NCBI GenBank assembly: GCA_030706785.1
Contig: JAUZNW010000001.1
Coordinates: 1 to 63,215 of the forward strand
Source: Bacteroidota bacterium
GTDB taxonomy: Bacteria > Bacteroidota > Bacteroidia > Bacteroidales > VadinHA17
Length of the DNA stretch: 63,215 nt
Direction of reading: 5' to 3'
Shown here: positions 50,126-60,239 of the stretch, in pieces
Layout of the letters: every line of letters starts with the position of its first letter
Numbering within the stretch: position 1 is the first letter of the stretch
Made by a program: the position numbers and the translations under genes
Notes under the pieces: model-generated
What the model saw: the letters and a program-made list of their open reading frames with translations, nothing else
The model's database searches: none
What the model was told of the DNA's origin: nothing

Positions 50126-53100
50126 ATGAGTCTTTCATCAGTAAGTATAAACAGACCTGTACTGTCAACCGTATTTGCTCTTGTAATACTTCTGTTCGGG
50201 ATTGTCGGAGCCACTTTTCTGGGGATCAGGGAATTTCCAAGTGTTGATCCTGCTATTATAACTGTTCAGACTACCTATCCGGGAGCTAATTCTGATGTCA
50301 TTGAGACCCAGATAACTGAGCCGCTTGAACAAAATATCAATGGCATTCCCGGCGTGAGATCCCTTACAAGTGTCAGCCGTCAGGGAGGCAGTAATATAAC
50401 TGTCGAATTTGAACTATCAGTCGATCTTGAAACTGCGGCCAACGATGTCAGGGATAAGGTTTCCCAGGCTCAAAGGCTTCTGCCGCGTGACTGCGATCCA
50501 CCAATTGTTACAAAAGCTGATGCTGATGCAAATCCAATACTTTTTCTTACTGTTGAAAGCAGCAAGAGATCCCTCCTTGAACTTTCTGAAATTGCTGATC
50601 TCACATTGAAGCAACAGCTCCAGACAATATCAGGAGTAAGCGCTGTCAGCATTTTCGGTGAGAAACGTTATTCGATGCGTCTCATGATTGATCCTGTCAA
50701 GCTTGCCGGCTACGAGCTTACACCAATGGATGTCAGGAATGCAGTAAACCGTGAAAACGTTGAACTTCCTTCAGGTACGATCGAGGGTACAAATACCCAG
50801 CTGACCATCAGGACCCTTGGCCTGATGTCGACGCCGAAGGAATTCAATGACCTTATAATTAAGCAATCAGGTGACCAGATTGTAAGGTTTAAGGATATTG
50901 GCCGTGCGGAGCTGGGACCTGAGGATATCAGAAGTATTATGAAAAAGGATGGCGTTCCCATGGTTCAGATTGCTATCGTGCCGCAACCCGGATCAAATCA
51001 TATCGATATCGTTGATGAAACCTACAGGCGTCTCCAATATATTCGCAAAGACCTCCCGGATGATGTAAAGGTAAATGTCAACTATGATAATACACAATAC
51101 ATCAGATCTTCAATAAAGGAGGTCAAAAACACAATTTATATCGCCTTCGCTCTTGTTGTTGTGATCATCTATTTCTTTCTCCGCAGCTGGAGAGCTACGA
51201 CGATCCCTATTCTGGTCATTCCTGTTTCGCTCGTCGGTGCCTTCTTCATAATGTACATTGCCGGATTTACCATTAATGTTCTGACTCTGCTCGCAATTGT
51301 TCTTTCAATAGGTATAGTTGTGGATGATGCTATTGTAGTTATGGAAAATATTTATGTCAAGGTTGAATCCGGATTTAGCCCAATTGATGCCGCTCTGAAA
51401 GGCTCAAAGGAAATATATTTTGCAATCATATCTACAACCATAACTCTTATTTCGGTCTTTTTCCCGATCGTATTCCTGCAGGGTATCACAGGCCGTCTTT
51501 TCAGGGAATTTGCTATTGTTATGGCAGGTGCAGTTGGTATTTCAGCTTTCCTTGCATTGTCATTGACTCCAATGGTGTCGTCAAAACTCCTGAGACATGA
51601 AAAAAGGCACAGCTGGTTTTTCAGGAAAACAGAGCGTTTCTTTGACAAATTGAATACAGCTTACAGGAATGGTTTAGGTTCATTTCTCCTTCATCGAAGA
51701 GCTGCCCTCATTATAATTGTTGTTGCCGTTGGACTGGTCGTTTTACTATGGAAGTCAATCCCGTCCGAAATGGCACCGCTGGAGGATCGTTCCCAGGTCA
51801 CCATAAATACAACTGCCCCTGAAGGATCGACATACGATTTCATGCTCGCATATTGCGATGATATTGCCAAACTCGTTGAGCAAAAAGTCCCCGAAAGGCT
51901 CAACTATGCAACTATGGTCAGAGGCGGGGGCATGGGAAATATCAGGATAATGCTTGAAAAGCCGGACAAAAGAAAAAGATCGCAACAGGAAATCGCTGAT
52001 GAGATGACTTCTGACTTAAGGAAAAAAACCAAAGCCAGATCCTTCGTGATGCAGCAATCCACCTTCGGAAGCAGGAGAATGGGGATGCCGGTCCAGTATG
52101 TACTTCAGGCTACGTCTATTGATAAACTCAGACAAATTCTTCCTACATTCATGGCCAGGGTAATGGAGAGTAAAGTTCTTACAATGGCCGACGTGAACCT
52201 GAAATTTACCTTGCCTGAGCTGAGGGTTCACATAAACCGGGAAAAAGCAATCACACTTGGTGTATCGACCCAGAATATCGGACAAACCCTTCAGCTTGCA
52301 CTCAGCGGGCAGCGTTTCGGATACTTTTTTATGAACGGCAAGGAATACCAGATCCTGGGTGACCTTGCACGGGCAGACAGAAATAAACCGCTTGATCTGA
52401 AATCTCTTTATGTGCGTAACGACAAGGGTGATATGATCCAGTTCGATAACCTGGTTTCTCTTTCGGAAGAGACAGCTCCGCCCCAGCTCTACCGCTACAA
52501 TCGTTTTGTTGCAGCCACAATCTCTGCCGGTCTGGCAAAAGGGAAGACAATGAGCGAAGGGCTTGCAGAAATGGATCAAATTGCAAAACAGGTGCTCGAT
52601 GAGTCGTTCAGGACAGCACTGGCCGGTGATTCAAAGGACTTCCGTGAAAGTTCTTCGAGCCTTATGTTTGCATTTGTTCTCTCATTAATTCTGATCTTTC
52701 TTGTTCTTGCAGCACAGTTTGAGAGCTTTAAGGATCCGTTGATTGTGATGATGACAGTTCCGCTCGCACTCATAGGGGCTTTGATATTCATGTGGTATTT
52801 CGGCATTACAATGAATATATTCAGCGAAATCGGGATCATTATGCTTATTGGTCTGGTCACAAAGAATGGCATTCTGATTGTCGAATTCGCAAACCAGAGA
52901 AAAATATCCGGCATGTCGAAAATGGATGCCATTAAATATGCGGCAGCTGCGCGGTTACGTCCAATCCTTATGACAAGCCTTGCAACCATTCTCGGGATTT
53001 CTCCATTAGCACTTGGACTCGGTGAAGGAGCTCAGAGCCGTGTTGCAATGGGAACCGCTGTCATCGGAGGTATGGTGTTTGCCACATTCCTCTCATTGTT

Positions 53101-53179
53101 CATTGTCCCTGCAATCTATTCCTTTATTTCAAGTGAAACAAAAATGAGCCAAAATGAGAATAAGGTTACTCCCGTTTAG
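50126..53179 (+). CDS. RND efflux permease (AcrB family)
   Basis: GIVVDDAIVVMENI, GLVTKNGILIVEFA and RLRPILMTS motifs. Confidence 0.96.
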   Translation: MSLSSVSINRPVLSTVFALVILLFGIVGATFLGIREFPSVDPAIITVQTTYPGANSDVIETQITEPLEQNINGIPGVRSLTSVSRQGGSNITVEFELSVDLETAANDVRDKVSQAQRLLPRDCDPPIVTKADADANPILFLTVESSKRSLLELSEIADLTLKQQLQTISGVSAVSIFGEKRYSMRLMIDPVKLAGYELTPMDVRNAVNRENVELPSGTIEGTNTQLTIRTLGLMSTPKEFNDLIIKQSGDQIVRFKDIGRAELGPEDIRSIMKKDGVPMVQIAIVPQPGSNHIDIVDETYRRLQYIRKDLPDDVKVNVNYDNTQYIRSSIKEVKNTIYIAFALVVVIIYFFLRSWRATTIPILVIPVSLVGAFFIMYIAGFTINVLTLLAIVLSIGIVVDDAIVVMENIYVKVESGFSPIDAALKGSKEIYFAIISTTITLISVFFPIVFLQGITGRLFREFAIVMAGAVGISAFLALSLTPMVSSKLLRHEKRHSWFFRKTERFFDKLNTAYRNGLGSFLLHRRAALIIIVVAVGLVVLLWKSIPSEMAPLEDRSQVTINTTAPEGSTYDFMLAYCDDIAKLVEQKVPERLNYATMVRGGGMGNIRIMLEKPDKRKRSQQEIADEMTSDLRKKTKARSFVMQQSTFGSRRMGMPVQYVLQATSIDKLRQILPTFMARVMESKVLTMADVNLKFTLPELRVHINREKAITLGVSTQNIGQTLQLALSGQRFGYFFMNGKEYQILGDLARADRNKPLDLKSLYVRNDKGDMIQFDNLVSLSEETAPPQLYRYNRFVAATISAGLAKGKTMSEGLAEMDQIAKQVLDESFRTALAGDSKDFRESSSSLMFAFVLSLILIFLVLAAQFESFKDPLIVMMTVPLALIGALIFMWYFGITMNIFSEIGIIMLIGLVTKNGILIVEFANQRKISGMSKMDAIKYAAAARLRPILMTSLATILGISPLALGLGEGAQSRVAMGTAVIGGMVFATFLSLFIVPAIYSFISSETKMSQNENKVTPV

Positions 53180-54476
53180 CCTTTTGATCTGTTTTTCATC
53201 CCTGTGTGTCAAGGGACAGGTTGTATATGAACTGAATACCTGCATCAGGACCGGTCTGGAACGGAACTTTTCACTTTTGATAACAAAAAACAGCGAACAG
53301 ATCTCAAAAAATAACTTTACAATCGGCAATGCCGGTTTTTTACCATCCCTGGATCTTACCAGCCAGCATAGCGGAACTCTTAATGATCAGAAGCAGAATT
53401 TTACTGATGGCTCAAGGACGGTAACCAATAATATTTTTAACACGAATACATCTGTAGGAGTAGCCATGGATATGACTATATTCAACGGCTTCAGCGTTCA
53501 GACAACATACAAAAAGCTGAATGAGCTCAGGCAGATCGGAGAACTCAATACTCAGCTTTCAATTGAAAATCTGATCTCAAATATCATCTCCGGCTATTAC
53601 AATTACATCCAGCAGGTTGAGCTTCTGAATAACGAAAAGTATGCCGTTACTCTTTCCAAAGAAAGGCTTCGTATTGATGAAGATCGATATCTTCTGGGAT
53701 CAAACTCAAAGCTGCAGGTCCTTCAGTCAAGGGTATATCTTAATGCGGACAGTTCGAGGCTTTCACAACAATACGAGGTGGTTCGGGCCGCGCAGATCAG
53801 CCTGAATGAGCTGATGGCTGCTGAGGATCTTGGTACTGAGTTTATATCAAAGGATACATCCATCGTAGTAGACTCTACTCTTATCTATGAAAAGCTTCTT
53901 CAGGAAACTCTTGAAAACAATACCAGTATGAGGATTGCCTCCAAGAACAAAACCATTTCGGAGTATGATTATAAAATAATTGCAGCACGGACATACCCCT
54001 ACCTCAATCTAAATTCCGGCTATAATTACAACCTTAACACCTTTTCATCTAGCTCAATGAAAAACCAGCAGACCAATGGCTTTAACTACGGTCTTACCTT
54101 CGGTGTAAATATTTTTAACGGCTTCAACCAGAGAAGGAATCTGAAGAATTCATCTATTGACATATCAAATAAGGACCTTCTGTATAAAAATATTGAACAG
54201 GGTGTCAGGGCTGATTTACTTACAATTTACCACGCTTACAGCAATTATTTAAGGCTTATCGCCCTTGAAAAACAGAACCTCGAGACCGCTACTGAGAACC
54301 TGGCCATTGCAATGGAGCGATATAAACTAGGAAGCCTTTCAGGGATTGAGCTCCGTGAGGTTCAGAAAAGCCTTCTTGATGCCCGCGAAAGTCTTCTTTC
54401 GGTCCAGTACCAGGCCAAGCTTGCCGAGATATCACTCCTTCTTATCTCGGGCAGGATAATGGAATATTATAAGTAG
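53154..54476 (+). CDS. TolC family outer membrane efflux protein
   Basis: Signal peptide and two OEP repeats (ERYKLGSLS); third gene of the RND operon. Confidence 0.92.
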   Translation: MRIRLLPFSLLICFSSLCVKGQVVYELNTCIRTGLERNFSLLITKNSEQISKNNFTIGNAGFLPSLDLTSQHSGTLNDQKQNFTDGSRTVTNNIFNTNTSVGVAMDMTIFNGFSVQTTYKKLNELRQIGELNTQLSIENLISNIISGYYNYIQQVELLNNEKYAVTLSKERLRIDEDRYLLGSNSKLQVLQSRVYLNADSSRLSQQYEVVRAAQISLNELMAAEDLGTEFISKDTSIVVDSTLIYEKLLQETLENNTSMRIASKNKTISEYDYKIIAARTYPYLNLNSGYNYNLNTFSSSSMKNQQTNGFNYGLTFGVNIFNGFNQRRNLKNSSIDISNKDLLYKNIEQGVRADLLTIYHAYSNYLRLIALEKQNLETATENLAIAMERYKLGSLSGIELREVQKSLLDARESLLSVQYQAKLAEISLLLISGRIMEYYK

Positions 54477-54519
54477 CCGATAGTCTTATTATCCTTATAT
54501 TTGTCCCTCATATTTTCAA

Positions 54520-55383
54520 ATGTTGAAGAAAACCGAGCTTATAACGAACAGTGACGGAAGTATTTTTCATCTGAACCTGCTTCCGGAGGATATCTGTGAA
54601 AAGATAATCATTGTCGGAGATCCAGGCCGCGTTGAAATGCTATCTTCCCTCCTTGAGAGCATAAGGGTCAGGAAGCAGAACAGGGAATTCAGCACGGTGA
54701 CCGGAAGCTATGATGGGACTGAGGTAACCATTATATCTTCGGGGATCGGGACCGACAATATCGATATAGTAATCAACGAGCTTGACGCTCTTGCCAATAT
54801 CGATCTCAGGTCCGGGGAAATCAGGGAGGAACCTGTGCCTCTTACATTCATTAGGATCGGCACTTCAGGTGGTCTGAGGAGTGATGTGCCGGCAGGATCT
54901 GTTGTTCTCACCGAGACCGCAATAGGATTTGATGGGCTCATTCATTTTTATGAGGGTTATGACTGGCTGCTCGATAATATGCTGTCGACTTATATGGCAG
55001 AATACCTCGAATGGCCCGATACGCTTTCCTTTCCGTATGCAGTCAATGCCAGCAAGGAACTTGTGGCCATGTTCGGGAAAGAGGATTTCATCAGGGGAAT
55101 AACTATTTCAGCTCCGGGATTTTACGGCCCGCAGGGAAGGCGCCTGAGGCTTGATACGTTCGACGCTGAAATCAATAATAAGCTTGCCGGGTTCTCATTA
55201 ATGGGCAGAAAAATATGCAATTATGAAATGGAGAGTTCTGCAATTTATGGACTGTCGGGTCTCCTTGGCCATAAAGCCCTCACTCTCTGCGCGGTGATCG
55301 GTAACAGGGTATCAGGTGAATTTATTAATGATTATAAGCCTATCATCATGGATCTGGCGGCTAAGGTGATGAACATTATTTAG
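54520..55383 (+). CDS. Nucleoside (uridine) phosphorylase family protein
   Basis: VGDPGRV, RIGTSG, FYGPQGR and NYEMES motifs. Confidence 0.9.
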   Translation: MLKKTELITNSDGSIFHLNLLPEDICEKIIIVGDPGRVEMLSSLLESIRVRKQNREFSTVTGSYDGTEVTIISSGIGTDNIDIVINELDALANIDLRSGEIREEPVPLTFIRIGTSGGLRSDVPAGSVVLTETAIGFDGLIHFYEGYDWLLDNMLSTYMAEYLEWPDTLSFPYAVNASKELVAMFGKEDFIRGITISAPGFYGPQGRRLRLDTFDAEINNKLAGFSLMGRKICNYEMESSAIYGLSGLLGHKALTLCAVIGNRVSGEFINDYKPIIMDLAAKVMNII

Positions 55384-55407
55384 CCTTATTGTGAATTGTA
55401 ACAAATG

Positions 55408-56391
55408 TTACAAATTTGCCCGGTACCACTCTATTGCTTCTTCCATTCCTTCCTGCGCTGAATGAGTCGGATTGTACCCGAGCAATCTTTTTGCCTTTTC
55501 AATTGAAGCCAGGGAATGCGGTATGTCACCGGAACGGTTCGGTCCGTGAACAGGCTTTATCCCAAGTACTTCCCTGTCATATTTCCCGATAAGCACCTTG
55601 ATCATTTCAAACAGGTCGTTCAGGCTTGTCCGGTCACCATATGCTACATTATATACCTGATTGATTGCTTCAGCATTAGTTACAAGAGCAGCAAGGTGAT
55701 TCGCCTGCAGGACATTGTCGATATATGTAAAATCTCTTGAATACGAGCCATCACCGTTAATAGTGGGAGCATCATGGCTCATCAGCTTTCTGACGAAGAG
55801 GGGTATGACGGCAGCATATGCCCCCATGGGATCCTGGCGACGTCCGAAAACATTGAAATAACGAAGTCCTATTGTTTCAATATTATAGGTGTCAGAAAAA
55901 TTCTCTGCAAAAAGCTCATTGGTATATTTTGTGATTCCATACGGCGACATCGGCTTACCAATCTTTTCCTCAATTTTAGGAAGTCCCGGATGATCTCCAT
56001 ATGTTGATGAGCTGGCAGCATATATGAACCTTTTTACACTGGCCTGCTTTGATGCAAAGAGCATTTTTACAAATCCACCGATGTTAACATCTGTTGAAGT
56101 CACAGGATCCTTTATTGATCTCGGGACTGATCCCAGGGCAGCCTGGTGGAAGACATAATCAATTCCTTTTACTGCAATCTCACAGTCCTGATAATTTCTT
56201 ATATCTCCTTCTATCAGTTCAAACTCCGGATCCTGAAGGAAAGTTGTGAGATTCTCCCTTTTACCGGTTGCAAAATTATCAAGGCATACAACATGGTTTC
56301 CAGAACCGAGCATGGATTCGACAAGGTTGGAGCCGATGAATCCTGCCCCTCCTGTAACCAATACCCTGCAGCCGCTTAATTTCCGATACAT
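55408..56391 (-). CDS. NAD-dependent UDP-GlcNAc(A) 4-epimerase (WbpP/TviC-like SDR)
   Basis: GGAGFIGS, HQAALGSVPRS, YxxxK (YGITK) and RYFNVFG motifs. Confidence 0.9.
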   Translation of the reverse strand: MYRKLSGCRVLVTGGAGFIGSNLVESMLGSGNHVVCLDNFATGKRENLTTFLQDPEFELIEGDIRNYQDCEIAVKGIDYVFHQAALGSVPRSIKDPVTSTDVNIGGFVKMLFASKQASVKRFIYAASSSTYGDHPGLPKIEEKIGKPMSPYGITKYTNELFAENFSDTYNIETIGLRYFNVFGRRQDPMGAYAAVIPLFVRKLMSHDAPTINGDGSYSRDFTYIDNVLQANHLAALVTNAEAINQVYNVAYGDRTSLNDLFEMIKVLIGKYDREVLGIKPVHGPNRSGDIPHSLASIEKAKRLLGYNPTHSAQEGMEEAIEWYRANL

Positions 56392-56448
56392 TTGTATTCT
56401 ATTGTAAGTAACTATTCAGGCCAGTTTTGTTTATCAGATCTTGTTCAG

Positions 56449-57609
56449 CTATTTCCCGATAAATAAAAGTATCTCCTTCAATATAAATTCAGCAGTTTTA
56501 CCATCACCATAATAGCCGGGATATTGCAAGTCGATTCCCGGATTCATAAATCCTGCAAATTCATTCCGGATCTGCCCGGGATTTGCGTCAGCAAGCTTCA
56601 CAGTACCGTTTGCCACAAGTTCGATCCATTCCGTTTCTTTGCGGAGAACGATGCATGGTTTTCTGAAAAAATGGGATTCTTTCTGAACACCTCCTGAGTC
56701 TGTCAGAATCATCCTGCATGTCTTTTCAAGGAGCGTCATTTCGAGATATGAAACCGGCGGTATAATCCGCAGATATTTACAATTCTTAAGTTCATCGAAC
56801 AGGCATCCGAGGTTTGTTTTAAGTGAATTCATCGTGCGCGGATGGCATGGCATAATGAATGGAAGCGTATATTCCTCCGAAAGTCCTCTTAAGCAGGTCA
56901 TTATGGCTTCAAGGCGGTTCCTGTCATCAGTGTTGATGTCCCTGTGTATCGTAATTAGGATGAATTGGTCTCTATCAAGCGACATATCCTTGATAAGGTC
57001 TGCTTTTTTCCTTTCGGCAAGTTCAGCGAAGAACAGGGAATTGTCGTACATTATATCACCTGTAAGATAGATCTTTGGATTATCAATTGAATATGGGGGA
57101 CTGTTTTCCGGCCGGAATCCCTCATTCATAAGGTTCTTGAAAGCTGCATTGGTCGGTGCAAAAAGGAGCGTCGAGGCGTGGTCGCTCATTATCCTGTTGA
57201 GCTCTTCCGGCATTGTTTTATTGAATGACCTCAATCCTGCTTCAACATGGACGACCGGGAAATGAAGCTTGGATGCAGCGATTGCCCCTGCAAGTGTCGA
57301 GTTTGTGTCACCGTAAAGCATCACACAATCAGGCTTTTCGGCAAGAAGCACATCCTCAATGCCGGTTATCATCATCGATGTCTGGCGCCCATGATGCGCC
57401 GAACCTACGCTAAGATTGAAATCAGGCTTAGGTATTTCAAGCTCGTCAAAGAAAACCTCCGAAAGCTCCTTGTCATAGTGCTGACCGGTGTGCAGTGTAA
57501 TCTCATTTATCTCCTGGGAGTAATTGTGGGCAATTGCCCGGCTTATGGCTGAGGACTTTATAATCTGGGGCCTTGCACCAACTATATTCAGCAGCTTGAT
57601 CTTTGACAT
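56449..57609 (-). CDS. wecB: UDP-N-acetylglucosamine 2-epimerase (non-hydrolysing)
   Basis: VGARPQ, HTGQHYD, GDTNST, HVEAGLRS and TDSGGVQKE motifs. Confidence 0.92.
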   Translation of the reverse strand: MSKIKLLNIVGARPQIIKSSAISRAIAHNYSQEINEITLHTGQHYDKELSEVFFDELEIPKPDFNLSVGSAHHGRQTSMMITGIEDVLLAEKPDCVMLYGDTNSTLAGAIAASKLHFPVVHVEAGLRSFNKTMPEELNRIMSDHASTLLFAPTNAAFKNLMNEGFRPENSPPYSIDNPKIYLTGDIMYDNSLFFAELAERKKADLIKDMSLDRDQFILITIHRDINTDDRNRLEAIMTCLRGLSEEYTLPFIMPCHPRTMNSLKTNLGCLFDELKNCKYLRIIPPVSYLEMTLLEKTCRMILTDSGGVQKESHFFRKPCIVLRKETEWIELVANGTVKLADANPGQIRNEFAGFMNPGIDLQYPGYYGDGKTAEFILKEILLFIGK

Positions 57610-57667
57610 TATTTATTCAGGGAAAGAGGTTTTTGTTAAAGTTACGGATTTTTCAGAGTCTTATTAA

Positions 57668-57702
57668 TAAAAATGGGCATCACAAGTATAACGTAATGCC
57701 CA
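57668..57702 (-). terminator. Probable intrinsic terminator of rny
   Basis: tgggcat ... atgccca stem followed on the minus strand by a T tract. Confidence 0.5.
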
Positions 57703-57721
57703 CCATTAAATTATATTTCAA

Positions 57722-59284
57722 CTATTTAGCATAATTTACCGCTCGTGTCTCACGGATTACAGTAATTTTTATCTGGCCGGGATAAGTCATCTCATTCTGT
57801 ATCTTCCTCGCGATCTCGAATGAAAGGTTTTCAGCTTCCTTATCCGTAACCTTCTCCGCTCCCACTATTACCCGAAGCTCTCTTCCGGCCTGTATCGCAT
57901 ATGTCTTCATCACTCCCGGGTACTGAAGTGCCAATGATTCAAGCTCCTTGAGCCTCTTTATGTACGACTCGACAACTTCACGCCGCGCACCAGGTCGTGC
58001 CCCTGAGATAGCATCGCAGACCTGGACTATCGGTGCGATGAGTGTTGTCATTTCTGTTTCGTCGTGATGCGCACCTATAGCGTTGCATATTTCCGGTTTC
58101 TCCTTGTATTTTTCAGCCACCTTCATGCCAAGAACAGCATGAGGAAGTTCCGGTTCATCATCGGGCACCTTCCCGATATCGTGAAGTAAACCTGCCCGTT
58201 TAGCCAGTTTCGGATTCAACCCCAGCTCGGCGGCCATAATTGCACTGAGGTTTGCAACCTCCCTTGAATGCATCAGGAGATTCTGCCCATACGAAGACCT
58301 GTATTTCATCTTACCGATCAACCTTACCAGCTCGGGATGTAAACCATGAATTCCCAGGTCAATTGCTGTCCTTTTTCCCACTTCAAGTATTTCGTCCTCA
58401 ACCTGCTTCCGGGTTTTTTCAACAATTTCCTCGATCCTTGCAGGATGTATCCTTCCGTCAGTCACGAGTTGGTGAAGGGCAAGCCTTGCGATCTCTCTTC
58501 TCACCGGATCGAATGCCGAAAGAACAATAGCTTCCGGAGTATCATCAACAATAATTTCAACTCCTGTGGCAGCCTCGAGAGCACGTATATTCCTTCCCTC
58601 ACGGCCGATTATACGTCCTTTTATTTCGTCCGACTCAATGTGGAACACCGTTACTGCATTTTCTATAGCGACCTCAGCGGCCACTCTCTGGATCGTCTGA
58701 AGGACAATCCTCCTGGCTTCCTTATTAGCCGTCATTTTAGCTTCATCGAGGATCTCATTAATATAAGACATCGCACCTGTCTTTGCCTCCTCTTTCAGCG
58801 ATTCAATAAGATGGTTTTTAGCTTCTTCTGCTGAAAATCCCGAAATAGCTTCAAGCTGATCAACCTGCTGCCTGTGCAGCCTGGCGAGCTCCTCATTTTT
58901 TTTCTCTACAAGCTCAAGCTGTGAAGTCAAATTCTCCCTGATGGCTTCTGTCTCATTTTTCTTTCTTTGTGACTCTTCAATTTTCTGCGATAATGTGAGC
59001 TCTTTTTGCTTTAACCTGCTTTCTGAAAGGGCGATTTTATTGTTCCTGTCATTAATGACCTTTTCATGTTCAGCCTTCAGCTGTAAAAATCTCTCTTTTG
59101 CCTGGAGGATCTTTTCTTTTTTTATCACCTCCGCTTCAGTTTCCGCTTCCGTAATTATCTTCCGGCTCTTATTCTTCAGTGCTTTCTGCCACACAAGGTA
59201 GGAAGCACCAAAACCCAGGATAAGGGCCGAAACGCACAGGACTATTGCCAGTCCGTTAAATACACCATTAATAAGTAGTATCAT
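57722..59284 (-). CDS. rny: Ribonuclease Y
   Basis: N-terminal TM, coiled coil, KH domain ([13 protein letters not shown]) and HD domain (LLHDIGK). Confidence 0.97.
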   Translation of the reverse strand: MILLINGVFNGLAIVLCVSALILGFGASYLVWQKALKNKSRKIITEAETEAEVIKKEKILQAKERFLQLKAEHEKVINDRNNKIALSESRLKQKELTLSQKIEESQRKKNETEAIRENLTSQLELVEKKNEELARLHRQQVDQLEAISGFSAEEAKNHLIESLKEEAKTGAMSYINEILDEAKMTANKEARRIVLQTIQRVAAEVAIENAVTVFHIESDEIKGRIIGREGRNIRALEAATGVEIIVDDTPEAIVLSAFDPVRREIARLALHQLVTDGRIHPARIEEIVEKTRKQVEDEILEVGKRTAIDLGIHGLHPELVRLIGKMKYRSSYGQNLLMHSREVANLSAIMAAELGLNPKLAKRAGLLHDIGKVPDDEPELPHAVLGMKVAEKYKEKPEICNAIGAHHDETEMTTLIAPIVQVCDAISGARPGARREVVESYIKRLKELESLALQYPGVMKTYAIQAGRELRVIVGAEKVTDKEAENLSFEIARKIQNEMTYPGQIKITVIRETRAVNYAK

Positions 59285-59301
59285 CGTTTCCGTTATTTAA
59301 T

Positions 59302-59500
59302 AAAAAACCCGCAGAGTCTCCTCAGCTTTTATAAAACCCCATATCTACATGGCTGGAGCCGCTAACTCATCTCGAACGTCCACCGTCACGCCTGAGCGTG
59401 ATCCCGAATAATCGGGATGAGGCCTGTCCTACGTGAACTAAGCACTGCTCCAAAGTTTTAAGTGTTGAGTTTCAAAAATGAATGAAGAAACAATGCGGGC
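59302..59500 (-). ncRNA. ssrS: 6S RNA (Bacteroidota type)
   Basis: Lies between zapA and rny, the usual position. The minus strand starts GCCCGCATTG, contains GAAACTCAACAC and ends TGCGGGTTTTTT (closing stem); ~200 nt. Confidence 0.8.
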
Positions 59501-59530
59501 AATAAGTTTGCTATATTTTAAAGAACGCTG

Positions 59531-59824
59531 CTACTCTTTTTCTTCAAGAACTTTATTAATCCTTCCAATAAGTTCTTTAACAGTATCGGAAAACCGGTCA
59601 TCACTAAGCTTCTCCTCCTCTTCGTTCAACTTAATCACGTACTGCAGTGAAGCCATCGCGAGGAAATCCTGCACATCCTTATCTGAATAACGCTGCTTAT
59701 ACTGCAGCACCTTCTCATTGATCATCCTGGCAGCTTTCCTGATCTTTTCTTCGTTTTCCCTTTCTACCTTCAATGGATAATATCTGTCTGCTACATTAAC
59801 CCTGATGGATAACTTATCATCCAT
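59531..59824 (-). CDS. zapA: Cell division protein ZapA
   Basis: IRVNVADRYYPLKV..E.E..RKAA..IN and QDFLAMA motifs. Confidence 0.92.
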   Translation of the reverse strand: MDDKLSIRVNVADRYYPLKVERENEEKIRKAARMINEKVLQYKQRYSDKDVQDFLAMASLQYVIKLNEEEEKLSDDRFSDTVKELIGRINKVLEEKE

Positions 59825-59833
59825 TGTTATATC

Positions 59834-60127
59834 TTATCTGTTTAAAAGAGCAACACATCTGTCAATTTCCCGCACCAAATCAGTAATCTTCTTTCTTGCC
59901 TCAATGGCATTCTCTCCCCCACCTAACAGTGCTCCTGATAATTTAACTCTCTCGTATTTTGTTTCTAGTTCCCTTATTTTTTCATTTCGGTCCTGAAGGT
60001 CTTTTCTTAACACTTCATTCTCGTTCTTGAGCTCATTGATTTCTGTCCGCAGGTTCCCGTATTTATCTATCAATTCATCAATTTTCTTATTTAGGATCAA
60101 CAGCTCTGCATAACCCTGATCGGACAT
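59834..60127 (-). CDS. ZapB-like coiled-coil protein
   Basis: Coiled coil ending KITDLVREIDRCVALLN, upstream of zapA. Start placed at the ATG at 60127. Confidence 0.8.
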   Translation of the reverse strand: MSDQGYAELLILNKKIDELIDKYGNLRTEINELKNENEVLRKDLQDRNEKIRELETKYERVKLSGALLGGGENAIEARKKITDLVREIDRCVALLNR

Positions 60128-60239
60128 AACCAAACCTTTGCCGCAAAGTTAATATTGTTAATTATATTTTCAAAAAATTAGCCCAAATAGTTTGGCAGAA
60201 CACTATAGAAGGATAGCTTTGCGTTTCTAATAAACACAA